A stretch of 60,310 bases of DNA from Nanobdellota archaeon (GTDB taxonomy: Archaea > Nanobdellota > Nanobdellia > Pacearchaeales > GW2011-AR1). Position 1 is the stretch's first letter. Every line of letters starts with the position of its first letter. The DNA is taken from assembly GCA_021818475.1 (NCBI GenBank), contig JAKADZ010000004.1, positions 1-60,310 of the forward strand. The letters run 5' to 3'. Of this stretch, positions 1-8,646 are shown in pieces. Below the pieces are notes generated by a model, which saw only the letters and a program-made list of their open reading frames with translations, had not been told where the DNA came from and did not search any database. The translations under genes were made by a program, and so were the position numbers.

Positions 1-177
1 GACACCTTATCGGTTTCTTCCGCTCGAATTTCCCTTTACATTTCTGCTCAGGGCTGATATTTCAATTAATTGAAGGTATAAAAACTTTTATAAACCCTTT
101 TTCTCTTTGATTTTTATCTGCGAGCGCAAGCGAAGAGTAGAGAACAAATAATTCTCTATTACAGATAAGATATTAAA

Positions 178-555
178 ATGAAAACAAAAACAAAAATTGA
201 CGAACAGTTGAAAAGGAAAAATAATCCTGAATTAGTTAAAACTATATTGGACGCAAAGAAAAAAAATAAATGGCTAGATGTTGCGGGAATTCTTTCAAGC
301 CCAAAAATAAATAGAGTTAATGTTAATTTGAATAAAATAAATGAAAATGCAAAAGAAGGAGAAACTGTTGTTGTTCCCGGGAAAGTTTTGTCTCAGGGAG
401 AAATTGACAAAAAGATTAAAGTAGTTGCGTTCAGTTTTTCTGAAAAGGCTAAAGAGAAAATATTAAAAGCAAAAGGAGAGGTTTCAACTATATTGGAAGA
501 AATAAAGAAAAATCCAGATGCTAAAGGAATTAAAATTTTAGGTAAAGAAGAATGA
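178..555 (+). CDS. rpl18e: 50S ribosomal protein L18e
   Basis: VNLNKIN...VVVPGKVLSQG..KKIKVVAFSFSEKAKEKI motif; first gene of the L18e-L13-S9 cluster. Confidence 0.95.
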   Translation: MKTKTKIDEQLKRKNNPELVKTILDAKKKNKWLDVAGILSSPKINRVNVNLNKINENAKEGETVVVPGKVLSQGEIDKKIKVVAFSFSEKAKEKILKAKGEVSTILEEIKKNPDAKGIKILGKEE

Positions 556-956
556 AAGTTATAGACGGAAAAAATGCAGTTTTAGGAAGACTTGCGAGTT
601 ATGTAGCGAGAGAAGCATTGAAGGGGGAAGAATTTGCAGTTGTGAACTGTGAACAAATAATTATAACAGGAAATAAAGAAAATATCCAGGAAGGACTTGA
701 AGCTAAAAGAGGAAGAGTTGGAAGCACACAGAAAGGACCAAAAGTTTCAAGAACAAGCGAAAAAATAGTCAAGAGAACAATAAGAGGAATGCTTCCAAAT
801 TACAGAACAGGAAGAGGAAGAGACGCGTTGAAAAGAATAAAATGTTATGTCGGAGTTCCAAAAGAATTTGAAAGCGCTGAAAAAATTAATATGGAAAACA
901 AATCTCAGATAAGCAAGAGCAAAATAACTAAAGTTAAGGAAATAGCCAAATGGTAA
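552..956 (+). CDS. rpl13: 50S ribosomal protein uL13
   Basis: IDGKNAVLGRLAS and KRTIRGMLP motifs; ATGA overlap with L18e. Confidence 0.95.
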   Translation: MKVIDGKNAVLGRLASYVAREALKGEEFAVVNCEQIIITGNKENIQEGLEAKRGRVGSTQKGPKVSRTSEKIVKRTIRGMLPNYRTGRGRDALKRIKCYVGVPKEFESAEKINMENKSQISKSKITKVKEIAKW

Positions 957-1363
957 ATTTAAATACAAAAACAATAAATTCAGGAAAGAGAAAAAGAGCA
1001 GTTGCAAGAGCTGTGCTCACAGAAGGAAACGGAAATGTATGGATAAATCATAGAAATTACAAGACACTTAACTTTTTTGATAAATTGAATATCGAAGAAC
1101 CATTGAGAATTGCTGAAAGTGTTTTAGGAAAATTGAATTTTGATGTTTCAATTGATGTAAAAGGCGGAGGAGAAAAAGGACAGATTGAAGCTGCAAGAGT
1201 TGCATTATCAAAAACTATTTCAGATTTTGCAAAGTCAGAAGAATTAACAAAAGCGTTCTTAACTTATGACAGAAACTTGCTCGTTGCAGATGTAAGAAGA
1301 AAAGAAGCTTACAAACCAGGAGATTCTAAGGCCAGAAGTAGAAGACAGAAATCTTACAGATAA
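950..1363 (+). CDS. rps9: 30S ribosomal protein uS9
   Basis: GKRKRAVARA, GGGEKGQIEAAR, C-terminal RQKSYR. Confidence 0.96.
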   Translation: MVNLNTKTINSGKRKRAVARAVLTEGNGNVWINHRNYKTLNFFDKLNIEEPLRIAESVLGKLNFDVSIDVKGGGEKGQIEAARVALSKTISDFAKSEELTKAFLTYDRNLLVADVRRKEAYKPGDSKARSRRQKSYR

Positions 1364-1386
1364 GTTAAAACGTTATAAATATAAAA

Positions 1387-1584
1387 ATGTTAAATTTAAA
1401 AAAAATGTTTGAATCATTTAATCTAGGAAAATCTTTTGTTGAGGGGCTTTCAAAACAATATTCCTTTGAATCAGAAAAATCATTAGATGAGGGGATAAAT
1501 CAATACTTTTCAGAAGCGGGAAAGGATTTTTCTTTTTTGTCAGAACTAAAAAATTCTAAAAGGGATGAGAGCAAATCAGGTTAA
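1387..1584 (+). CDS. small hypothetical protein
   Basis: 65-aa ORF following rps9 with genome-like composition; no motif. Confidence 0.45.
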   Translation: MLNLKKMFESFNLGKSFVEGLSKQYSFESEKSLDEGINQYFSEAGKDFSFLSELKNSKRDESKSG

Positions 1585-1948
1585 AGGGATTGTCAACGAT
1601 TTAGTTCATGTCAGCGAAGATTTTAATCCGATGAATTGGGTTTGGTTAAAAGAGAAAAGAAATTTCGATTTATTGGGAAAAAGAAGTTTTGGAAAAGATA
1701 GTTTAGCTAAACTTTATGAGATGAAACGGAATTGGTTTCTTGAAAGAATTAAAAAATTAAAAGGAAATTTAAATGATTTTCAAAAAGCAAAAATTCATAT
1801 TTTTGGAAAAAAAGAAAAGATAGAAGTTGTTTATAAAAATCAAATTTTTTCAAATGAGCAAATTTATGGATGGGAAGAATCTGAATCAAATAAGGAATTT
1901 CTTAAAGAGATGAGAAAACAAAAAAGAGAAAATGCGGGATTAGATTGA
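1565..1948 (+). CDS. hypothetical protein
   Basis: 127-aa ORF, Lys-rich, no recognised motif. Confidence 0.6.
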   Translation: MRANQVKGIVNDLVHVSEDFNPMNWVWLKEKRNFDLLGKRSFGKDSLAKLYEMKRNWFLERIKKLKGNLNDFQKAKIHIFGKKEKIEVVYKNQIFSNEQIYGWEESESNKEFLKEMRKQKRENAGLD

Positions 1949-2422
1949 TTGGGGAGAAGTTTGATTATCTTTACTCCACGCAGCAACTCCCAATAAAATT
2001 AGATAGATTACTGTTCCAACTAAAGGAATTAATGATAATAATACCCACCAACCAGGTTTATTAACCGCTTCAAAAGTTTTCCATATCCAAATAAATGAGA
2101 AAATTAAAAAGGCGAGAGTAAAGGCATAACCTGCGATTGGAATCCATGTTCCCAATAAAAGTAAAATTGGCCACCAAGGCATTTTTGCAATCTGGCTCGT
2201 TACTAAAAGAGGACCTACTAAAGGAATCCATACCAATGCAGGATGAGGATGATTCGCTTTCTTTGCAATTGCCATCATCGCAATAGTCGAATAGATATAA
2301 ATTACAATTATTAAGATCAACAAAAATACTAGAAATGGGAGAATCCAATATAATAAAGAGCTATAAGAACTATCCATCACAGAAGAAACTTTTCCGGTTA
2401 AAGAAAGTAAACTTGAAAACAT
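1940..2422 (-). CDS. membrane protein (DUF5684-like)
   Basis: Several TM segments; IAKKANHP..W.P and KPGWWVLLSLIP patterns. Confidence 0.7.
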   Translation of the reverse strand: MFSSLLSLTGKVSSVMDSSYSSLLYWILPFLVFLLILIIVIYIYSTIAMMAIAKKANHPHPALVWIPLVGPLLVTSQIAKMPWWPILLLLGTWIPIAGYAFTLAFLIFSFIWIWKTFEAVNKPGWWVLLSLIPLVGTVIYLILLGVAAWSKDNQTSPQSI

Positions 2423-2546
2423 ATCATTAAAATATTTTTATTCTTTATAAATTTAATTAACCTAATTTATAAAAAAATTTTTCTAAAAAATTTAAGAGAA
2501 GATTCAAAATAAGATAATTTTTAAAATAATATTCATTATAATTTAA

Positions 2547-3428
2547 ATGAGTGATGAAGAACTAGAATATTCAATAGATAAAAAAAGTTCGTTGTTAAAA
2601 ACGATTCTTGTAACATTTCTGATATTAGGAGTAATTTTTATTATTTATGGAATTCCTTTAATTCAAGTGTTTAAAAATAAAACTTATACAAGCGAGGGAT
2701 TAATTTCTGGGGGGGTTACTTGGGGATTAATTTTTCTAAGTTGTTTTGTCATTGTTTACATTTTTGCTAAACCTTGGAAATTTCCATTCAGAACAAAATG
2801 GAATAAAATGGGGCTTGTTTTAGGATATCCCAATGGAAAAATAAAAGAAATTTTTTGGAAAGATGTTACAAAGATAGGGTTAGAAGCAGAAAACAGGTTA
2901 AAACTTTTAGTTCCGATTTATTCTGTAGGAAAATTCTCCTGGAATTCTGCATTTTGGTTTATTTATTCTGGAAGGTGGAATGGGACTACAAAAGATTTTA
3001 AATTTATTCATTTAACCTTAAAAAATAATAAAATAATTGTTATTCCTGTTCCGACTGAAAATTTTGATGAGGCAGTAAATTTTTTAGGATCAATTCCTGC
3101 ACTCGATTCAAAACCAAAATCCTTTTCTTTAAAATTTAGATGGATATTCCTTTTTGTTATTGCTACTTTTTTAATAACCTTTATTATATTCTTAATCTTC
3201 TCTTCTGCAATTAATAAATCCTCTTTAATCTTTCCGTTGTCTTTATTTGCAATTTTATTCATCTCTCTTTTTGGTTTAATAATCCGTTCAATGATAAAAC
3301 AAAGAGTTCTTATCGGGGGGTGGATTGCAGAAGGATCTGGGGCTTATGTAGCTGGAGGATTTTATTTAATTCTCTTATTAGTCATTAGTTATCTTGTGAT
3401 TAAAGGGATTATTGGATTAACTAGTTGA
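2547..3428 (+). CDS. multi-pass membrane protein
   Basis: About 5 hydrophobic helices around a soluble domain. Confidence 0.75.
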   Translation: MSDEELEYSIDKKSSLLKTILVTFLILGVIFIIYGIPLIQVFKNKTYTSEGLISGGVTWGLIFLSCFVIVYIFAKPWKFPFRTKWNKMGLVLGYPNGKIKEIFWKDVTKIGLEAENRLKLLVPIYSVGKFSWNSAFWFIYSGRWNGTTKDFKFIHLTLKNNKIIVIPVPTENFDEAVNFLGSIPALDSKPKSFSLKFRWIFLFVIATFLITFIIFLIFSSAINKSSLIFPLSLFAILFISLFGLIIRSMIKQRVLIGGWIAEGSGAYVAGGFYLILLLVISYLVIKGIIGLTS

Positions 3429-3437
3429 TTTGAGTAT

Positions 3438-3857
3438 TTATTTCACCCCTAAACTTTCTAATTTATTCTGAACATGATTGAACAAAGTTGATGAAATTAT
3501 CGGCTGATGATTTCCTTCGTGAATCTGATTATTGAATTTTATTTTCCCTATGTAAGTAAAATTTTTCAGAATTTTTTTAAGGCCGTTTACAGATAAAGCA
3601 TGTTTTTCGGCAAGTTTTCTTAAACTAATCTCCTGGTTGGTAAACTCTTCAAAAATATCCTCAACTTCTTTAGAATTTTCTGCAGGAGTTAGTTTTCCGT
3701 TTTCGATTTTATATCCAAAAGGCGGCCTCGCCATCAGATTTCCTTGTGATGCTTTACTCATCATCGAATTTTTTCTGTTTATTCCATAAGATTTTAATCG
3801 TTCAATTTCTGCTTTTAGTTCTTCATTCTCTTTTTTTAATCTTTCAAGATCATCCAT
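3438..3857 (-). CDS. stand-alone Recombinase (PF07508-like) DNA-binding domain with N-terminal coiled coil; no catalytic domain
   Basis: PFGYK..IFEEF..ISL..LA..G.KK.L.N.TYIGK.KF..G.HQ.I...LF..VQ.KL aligns with the C-terminus of 4260..5024. Confidence 0.85.
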   Translation of the reverse strand: MDDLERLKKENEELKAEIERLKSYGINRKNSMMSKASQGNLMARPPFGYKIENGKLTPAENSKEVEDIFEEFTNQEISLRKLAEKHALSVNGLKKILKNFTYIGKIKFNNQIHEGNHQPIISSTLFNHVQNKLESLGVK

Positions 3858-3915
3858 TATAAAATTATGAAAATTAAATATTTAAATTAGGTGTTTAAAC
3901 AGCTGTTTAAAACAG

Positions 3916-4263
3916 TTATCTAAGGCGAAAAAAATATTTTTTTAAGTCAATTTTGTTATTTGATATTTCAACTCCTTCAGATTTCAACAATTTTATCTTG
4001 TTTTTTAATCCTGAAGCGAAGCCCCCTAGTTCTCCGTTTGAATTGATAACTCTGTGGCACGGAACTAGGTCAGAAGACTTAAGAGAATCTCCTCCCGCCC
4101 GCCCCCGAGCAGCAGGGAAAGCATAAGGATTTTTGTTCATTGCAGTTCCAACAGCCCGATAAGCTTTGCTGTTTAGAGCTCTTGCAATTTCCTTGTAAGT
4201 TGTAACTTTTCCCTTTGGAACTTTTCTTAAAACAGCATAGCATTTTTCATAGAAAGATTTCAT
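3916..4263 (-). CDS. ogt: O6-methylguanine-DNA methyltransferase (MGMT, C-terminal domain)
   Basis: VPKGKVTTYKEIA, RAVGTA and active-site PCHRV; GC-rich insert of about 16-18 aa just before PCHRV. Confidence 0.92.
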   Translation of the reverse strand: MKSFYEKCYAVLRKVPKGKVTTYKEIARALNSKAYRAVGTAMNKNPYAFPAARGRAGGDSLKSSDLVPCHRVINSNGELGGFASGLKNKIKLLKSEGVEISNNKIDLKKYFFRLR

Positions 4264-5024
4264 TTTAATTTCTCCTGAACCTGTTCAAACAGCTGTTTAT
4301 CCAGAATTGCTTGGTGCTGACCATCTGTCTCTTTATTAGCAAATTTAACTTTTCCTATATAAGTAGTATTTAGAAGAAGCTTTTTTATCCCACTAGTTGT
4401 AAATCCATTTTTTTTGGCTAGTTGAGTTAAGGAAATGGGGGTGTTTAAGAATTCTTCAAATATGGATTTTATTTGAGCTGATTGCTCTTCATCAACCAAC
4501 AGCTGTTTGTTTACTAACTTATAACCGAAGGGTGCTTTTGTGATAAAACCGCCTTCCTTTGCCTTTCGTTCCATCCCAAAAGTAGTTCTGTCCCCAATTA
4601 TATTCCTTTCAAACTCGGCAAACGCGCCAATTATCTGGAACATCAGTTTTCCTGAAGCGCTTGCGGTTTCTATTTTATCCTGCAAGGAAACAAAGTCAAT
4701 TCCCCATTCTTTTAGCTTATCTATTGTAAGGATAAGATCCTTGAGACTTCTTGAAAAACGATCCAGTTTGTAGATAAATATAGCCTGGAATTTTCTGGCT
4801 TCTGCATCTTTCAGCATGTTCTGCATTTCCGGCCTGTTTAGGTTTTTAGCAGACTTTCCCTCATCTTTGTATAACCGAAAAATTTCATAACCTAATGCTT
4901 TAGCGTAATTTATCAAACTTTCTTCCTGAGCATCCAAACTAAAACCGTGTTGAGCTTGGTCTTGTGTTGAGACTCTTACATAAATTGCTGCAAGGGGCTT
5001 AGCTGTTTGAAAATTATTTTGCAT
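4260..5024 (-). CDS. serine recombinase (resolvase catalytic domain + Recombinase domain)
   Basis: YVRVSTQDQ catalytic Ser, KLDRFSRS, GKLMFQIIGAFAEFER, PFGY. Confidence 0.93.
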   Translation of the reverse strand: MQNNFQTAKPLAAIYVRVSTQDQAQHGFSLDAQEESLINYAKALGYEIFRLYKDEGKSAKNLNRPEMQNMLKDAEARKFQAIFIYKLDRFSRSLKDLILTIDKLKEWGIDFVSLQDKIETASASGKLMFQIIGAFAEFERNIIGDRTTFGMERKAKEGGFITKAPFGYKLVNKQLLVDEEQSAQIKSIFEEFLNTPISLTQLAKKNGFTTSGIKKLLLNTTYIGKVKFANKETDGQHQAILDKQLFEQVQEKLK

Positions 5025-5189
5025 ATCTGTTCACTAAGGTAATCTTAGTTCCTCTTTTTGTATACTTAGGTTTAATTCTAGCTAGTTAACTTGTTTACTT
5101 AGGGTATTTTTTAGCTAGTTTCTGTATATTTAGGGTGCCCTAAGTATATAAATATTGTGTATTTGAAGGAGAAAATAAAAAATTTAGAA

Positions 5190-5519
5190 TCAGCAAGCCC
5201 TCTCACGAAATTGTGGAGTTAACTTAGGTGAACTTAGTGAACGAAGCGCGGTTTCCAGGTTTTTAGTTTCGCTTGGAAATTGATCCAAAAAAAGACTTGC
5301 TATTTGTGAAAAGGCATAAGGGGGATTATAGGGCTGATTTGCAAAGAAATAATTTATTGCCTGAATCGATGTTTTGAAAGTTTCAACTTCTTTTGGAGCC
5401 CAGGAGAAAGTATCTGTTTCAAAGGAGGTTATCAAAATTTTGCCTTCTTCATTTTTTCCTGTAACTTTACCAAATCCAGAGGAGTAAACTGCCCATGGTT
5501 TTTCGATTTGTTCATCCAT
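5190..5519 (-). CDS. hypothetical protein
   Basis: 109-aa ORF with AT-rich promoter-like upstream region. Confidence 0.65.
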   Translation of the reverse strand: MDEQIEKPWAVYSSGFGKVTGKNEEGKILITSFETDTFSWAPKEVETFKTSIQAINYFFANQPYNPPYAFSQIASLFLDQFPSETKNLETALRSLSSPKLTPQFRERAC

Positions 5520-5655
5520 AATAAAAAATTTGTTTTAAAGTTTTTAATTGTTTTTATGATAGAAAATATATGTCAAAAATTTTAGCCTCTTAGCTATCTG
5601 CAGATTTTGTTCACTGCAGTACATTCACATTGTTCGTGCACTAAGGTTAACTTAG

Positions 5656-5943
5656 TTATTCTTCTTTTGGTATTTTACTTGCCCATCTATTTAAGATAAC
5701 TATTCCAAAAACAGCAAGGATTGTAACTAAAACTGCAGATATAATTGGGGCAATAAAGCTAGGAGCGTTTTGAAAAAGGTTATTTGTTATCTCCTGAAAG
5801 AAAGATTGAAAAACAGTATTCCACGCCAAAGCAAGAATTAACCCGAGAGAGGCAGTCCATGCAAGAACAACCTGTTTTTTAGCATCTTGGGCAAATTTTT
5901 TGGCTTCTAGTTTGGATGGTTTCTTTTCCTCTTTTTGTTCCAT
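5656..5943 (-). CDS. small 2-TM membrane protein (DUF5654-like)
   Basis: TASLGLILALAWNT..Q motif; second TM helix. Confidence 0.75.
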   Translation of the reverse strand: MEQKEEKKPSKLEAKKFAQDAKKQVVLAWTASLGLILALAWNTVFQSFFQEITNNLFQNAPSFIAPIISAVLVTILAVFGIVILNRWASKIPKEE

Positions 5944-5997
5944 AATATTTACTGGGAAGGGAGATTTAAAAATTTTAGCCTGTTCATTAAGGTTAAC

Positions 5998-6411
5998 TTA
6001 ATTATTCTTTGAATAAATTCCTTCTTCAGATCCTTTAACTAATCCTTTGGCATTTCTTAAATAAGAAAAATCTTGAGATTGCAGTAAAAGTCCGACTTCT
6101 CGGGCATGCTTTAATCTTGCTTCTAAATCTGCTTTTTTCTCTTCAAGTTCCCGAAGAGTCTCTTGATGTTTTTCCATTTTCCATTTGTACTTTTCATTAA
6201 GATTTTCCTGAGTTAATCCGCCATTAACATGAAATTCCTCCCCGCAATTTATACATCTCACATCATTAGACCAGTCATCATAAGTATGAATTAAAGGAGT
6301 TTTATCAAAAGGGCATATCAAATGAGAAAGGCTTCCTTTCCCGAATTTTATGGTGTATTCTTTTTCTTCTCCGGTTTCCCAATCTTTATATTTTAAAATT
6401 TCATCTTCCAT
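5998..6411 (-). CDS. hypothetical protein with possible Zn ribbon and coiled coil
   Basis: CPFD...CINC, followed by a heptad-rich helix. Confidence 0.7.
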   Translation of the reverse strand: MEDEILKYKDWETGEEKEYTIKFGKGSLSHLICPFDKTPLIHTYDDWSNDVRCINCGEEFHVNGGLTQENLNEKYKWKMEKHQETLRELEEKKADLEARLKHAREVGLLLQSQDFSYLRNAKGLVKGSEEGIYSKNN

Positions 6412-6707
6412 AAAGGATTAAAATTTTTGGTATTTTTAAGGATTTATATTCCTGAAGGAGATGCTTATTTTGCCTTGTTTTAAACAGCTGTTTGTTGAAC
6501 TACATCCGACGCTGTTTATCTGTTTAAACGGCTGTTTGTGGTTGTTTGTTGCTGTTTTAAACAGGTGTTTTCCAATTTTTTGAAGGTTAAACAGCTGTTT
6601 GTTGCTGTTTTAAACAGGTATTTTTCTTAGAAAATTTAATAGTGAAAGAAATAGATTTTAACGTCGAAAAACAAAACATTTTTAAATAAGATTTAATAGT
6701 AATTATT

Positions 6708-7307
6708 ATGTTTTGGTTATTTAATGGAAAAAAAGAGGTAGAAAAAGTTAAAGAGGATACAAAGAAAGGGTTTGAATCAGTAAAAAAAGATATTTTATCT
6801 GTAAGTGGGTGGATTAAACACCTTGATTCTGAAAAAAATTTGCAAAAAAAAGAGATTGAGGAGATAAAAGAAATTTTGTCGTCGATTAAAGAAGATGTTG
6901 ATGGATTAAAGGAAGTTATGTCAGTTATGAATGAATTAAAAACAAATAGGGTGTTTAAAACACCCAAACAGGCGTTTAACAAACAAACAGCTGTTTATGC
7001 TGTTCAAACAGGTGTTCAAACAGGTGTTCAAACACCGAATTTAAGTCAATTTTCAGTAACAGAACGAGCAATTTTATGGATTTTATTAAATAGTGATTTA
7101 AAATTGAGTTATGATGATCTGGCTGCAATGTTAGGAAAAGAAAGATCCACAATTAGGGGACAGATTAATGCGATAAGGCAGAAGAGTGAGGGGTTAATTG
7201 AAGAAGAAATTGAGAAGAATGGTAAAAAAAGAGTGTTTATACCAGAAGAAATACGTGAAAAAATGCTCAAAAAGACAAAAGTGAGAGTTAAAGGAGATAA
7301 AAAATGA
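6708..7307 (+). CDS. coiled-coil + winged-HTH DNA-binding protein
   Basis: N-terminal heptads; C-terminal LSYDDLAAMLGKERSTIRGQINAI HTH; linker encoded by DNA repeats (VQTGVQTGVQT). Confidence 0.85.
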   Translation: MFWLFNGKKEVEKVKEDTKKGFESVKKDILSVSGWIKHLDSEKNLQKKEIEEIKEILSSIKEDVDGLKEVMSVMNELKTNRVFKTPKQAFNKQTAVYAVQTGVQTGVQTPNLSQFSVTERAILWILLNSDLKLSYDDLAAMLGKERSTIRGQINAIRQKSEGLIEEEIEKNGKKRVFIPEEIREKMLKKTKVRVKGDKK

Positions 7308-7461
7308 ACAAAAAGAGGAAAAATACATTTAAAAGTGAGAATCTTTTTAGTGAAAATGGAAAGATATTTGTTAGAATCCCAAAAAGTGAGGATTGAGAAA
7401 TAAAATGCACCGCAAAAATTTGAGAAGATTGAAATAAATTAAAAAAAACTTGAAAAGTGAG
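7277..7461 (+). repeat. AAAAGTGAG direct repeats (4 copies)
   Basis: At 7277, 7331, 7382, 7453, mostly in the gap between the two convergent HTH genes. Confidence 0.55.
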
Positions 7462-7605
7462 GGTAATGTTAAAAAATAAATTTTATAGGGAAAAGAAAAA
7501 GGAGGGAAAATAATAACGATAGAAAAAGATCAAATAAAAAGAGAGGATTAAATAAAACAGGAGGAAAAAATTATTCGTTTAGCCGAAAAAGTTATTAAAA
7601 AATAA

Positions 7606-8307
7606 TTATAATTCCCTAAGGCGAAGGATAACAGGCAATGGAGCAATCTTCTTTAAATTTTTTGAGATAGAGAGTTGGATTAATTTATTGTTAATTTTAG
7701 TTTTCTCGACGGGAATCCCTTTTTTGATCAGTTTTCCGACATAATCTCTTATTGAACTTTCTGTGAGATTTAACTTCTGGGAAACCGCTTTATAATCAAC
7801 TTCCCCCTGTTCTTCCATTTGATAAATAGTTGAAAAGACCAAGAATTCCTGATCAGTTATCCTCTTAAATTTACTCCGGATTTCTTTTTTAAAAGAATCT
7901 AAAGAGTTTAAAACGTCTAAAGCATCGTCAAATGATACTTTTTGTGTCTGTTGGTTTGTCTGTTGGTTTGTCTGTCTGTCTGTTGGAACCCCTTGATTTC
8001 CAGTGGAAAAGGTTAAATTTTGAGGGTTTAAGACCTTAAAAAGCCCATTTTGTGTTGGAATATCTGTTGGAACTGTTGGATTTTTGGAAAGATCTGTTGG
8101 ATTGCAAGAGGAAGGAAAATAAGGGGGTTCTTGGGAAGTTTTATTAGATACCTCTTTAATTTGGGAAGATAGTTCTTCTATCCCTTTTTCCAATTTCAAG
8201 ATAAAATCATTATTTTGAGACAAAGATTGTTTTAAGGAAGAAATTTCTTCTTTCATCGCATCCATATCCTGTTTTACTTTTTGAAACGCTTCCTTGATTT
8301 GATCCAT
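7606..8307 (-). CDS. coiled-coil + winged-HTH DNA-binding protein
   Basis: N-terminal heptads; VDYKAVSQKLNLTESSIRDYVGKLIKKG HTH; linker PTDRQTNQQTNQQT from tandem DNA repeats. Confidence 0.85.
   Translation of the reverse strand: MDQIKEAFQKVKQDMDAMKEEISSLKQSLSQNNDFILKLEKGIEELSSQIKEVSNKTSQEPPYFPSSCNPTDLSKNPTVPTDIPTQNGLFKVLNPQNLTFSTGNQGVPTDRQTNQQTNQQTQKVSFDDALDVLNSLDSFKKEIRSKFKRITDQEFLVFSTIYQMEEQGEVDYKAVSQKLNLTESSIRDYVGKLIKKGIPVEKTKINNKLIQLSISKNLKKIAPLPVILRLREL
7989..8009 (-). promoter_or_regulatory. ORB-like site inside a coding sequence
   Basis: TTTCCACTGGAAATCAAGGGG on minus; 18/21 identical to the intergenic ORB at 9591-9611. Confidence 0.7.
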
Positions 8308-8337
8308 CAGATTAAAAGAAAAAAGACCTATAAAAGA

Positions 8338-8616
8338 TTATAGGTTACCTTGTTGATGTTTTTTATAAGTTTGATAAGCAATATCACTTAAAACCCATCT
8401 TGACCTTTTAAGATAAGATTTGCCCTCGGGATTTTTTTTAATTTCAGTCACTAACCCTTTTTTTTTGAGAGAAAGAAGAAGGAACTTCACAAACTCCTCA
8501 TCGCGGGCAATTTCCCGGGCAATGTTCATTGTAAAAAGAGGTTTTGGAGAAGAGGAATAAAGTGTTGCGAGAATTTGCTCTAAAATTTTCTCTTTTTTCT
8601 GTTCTGAAATTTTCAT
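8338..8616 (-). CDS. small winged-helix protein
   Basis: LFTMNIAREIARDEEFVKFLLLSLKKKGLV pattern. Confidence 0.75.
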   Translation of the reverse strand: MKISEQKKEKILEQILATLYSSSPKPLFTMNIAREIARDEEFVKFLLLSLKKKGLVTEIKKNPEGKSYLKRSRWVLSDIAYQTYKKHQQGNL

Positions 8617-8646
8617 TAATAAGAAAAAGAATTATTTTTTTTAAAT

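Larger units (their letters stand above)
5028..6002. repeat. four ACTAAG-N5-CTTAGT dyads
   Basis: 5033-5049, 5222-5238, 5640-5656, 5986-6002 (ATTAAG/CTTAAT, compensatory); related palindrome 5125-5148. Confidence 0.75.
3891..7036. repeat. cluster of AAACAG(C/G)TGTTT palindromic sites
   Basis: Copies at about 3897 (18-bp perfect palindrome 3894-3911), 4287, 4497, 6482, 6526, 6559, 6589, 6612, 6966, 6985, 7006, 7018. Confidence 0.85.

Noticed and set aside
4260-5024. IS607 transposase or prophage integrase
   Set aside because: No N-terminal HTH, no tnpB, no Zn-ribbon tail and no viral genes nearby
6587-6982. 131-aa minus-strand ORF
   Set aside because: Antisense shadow of 6708..7307
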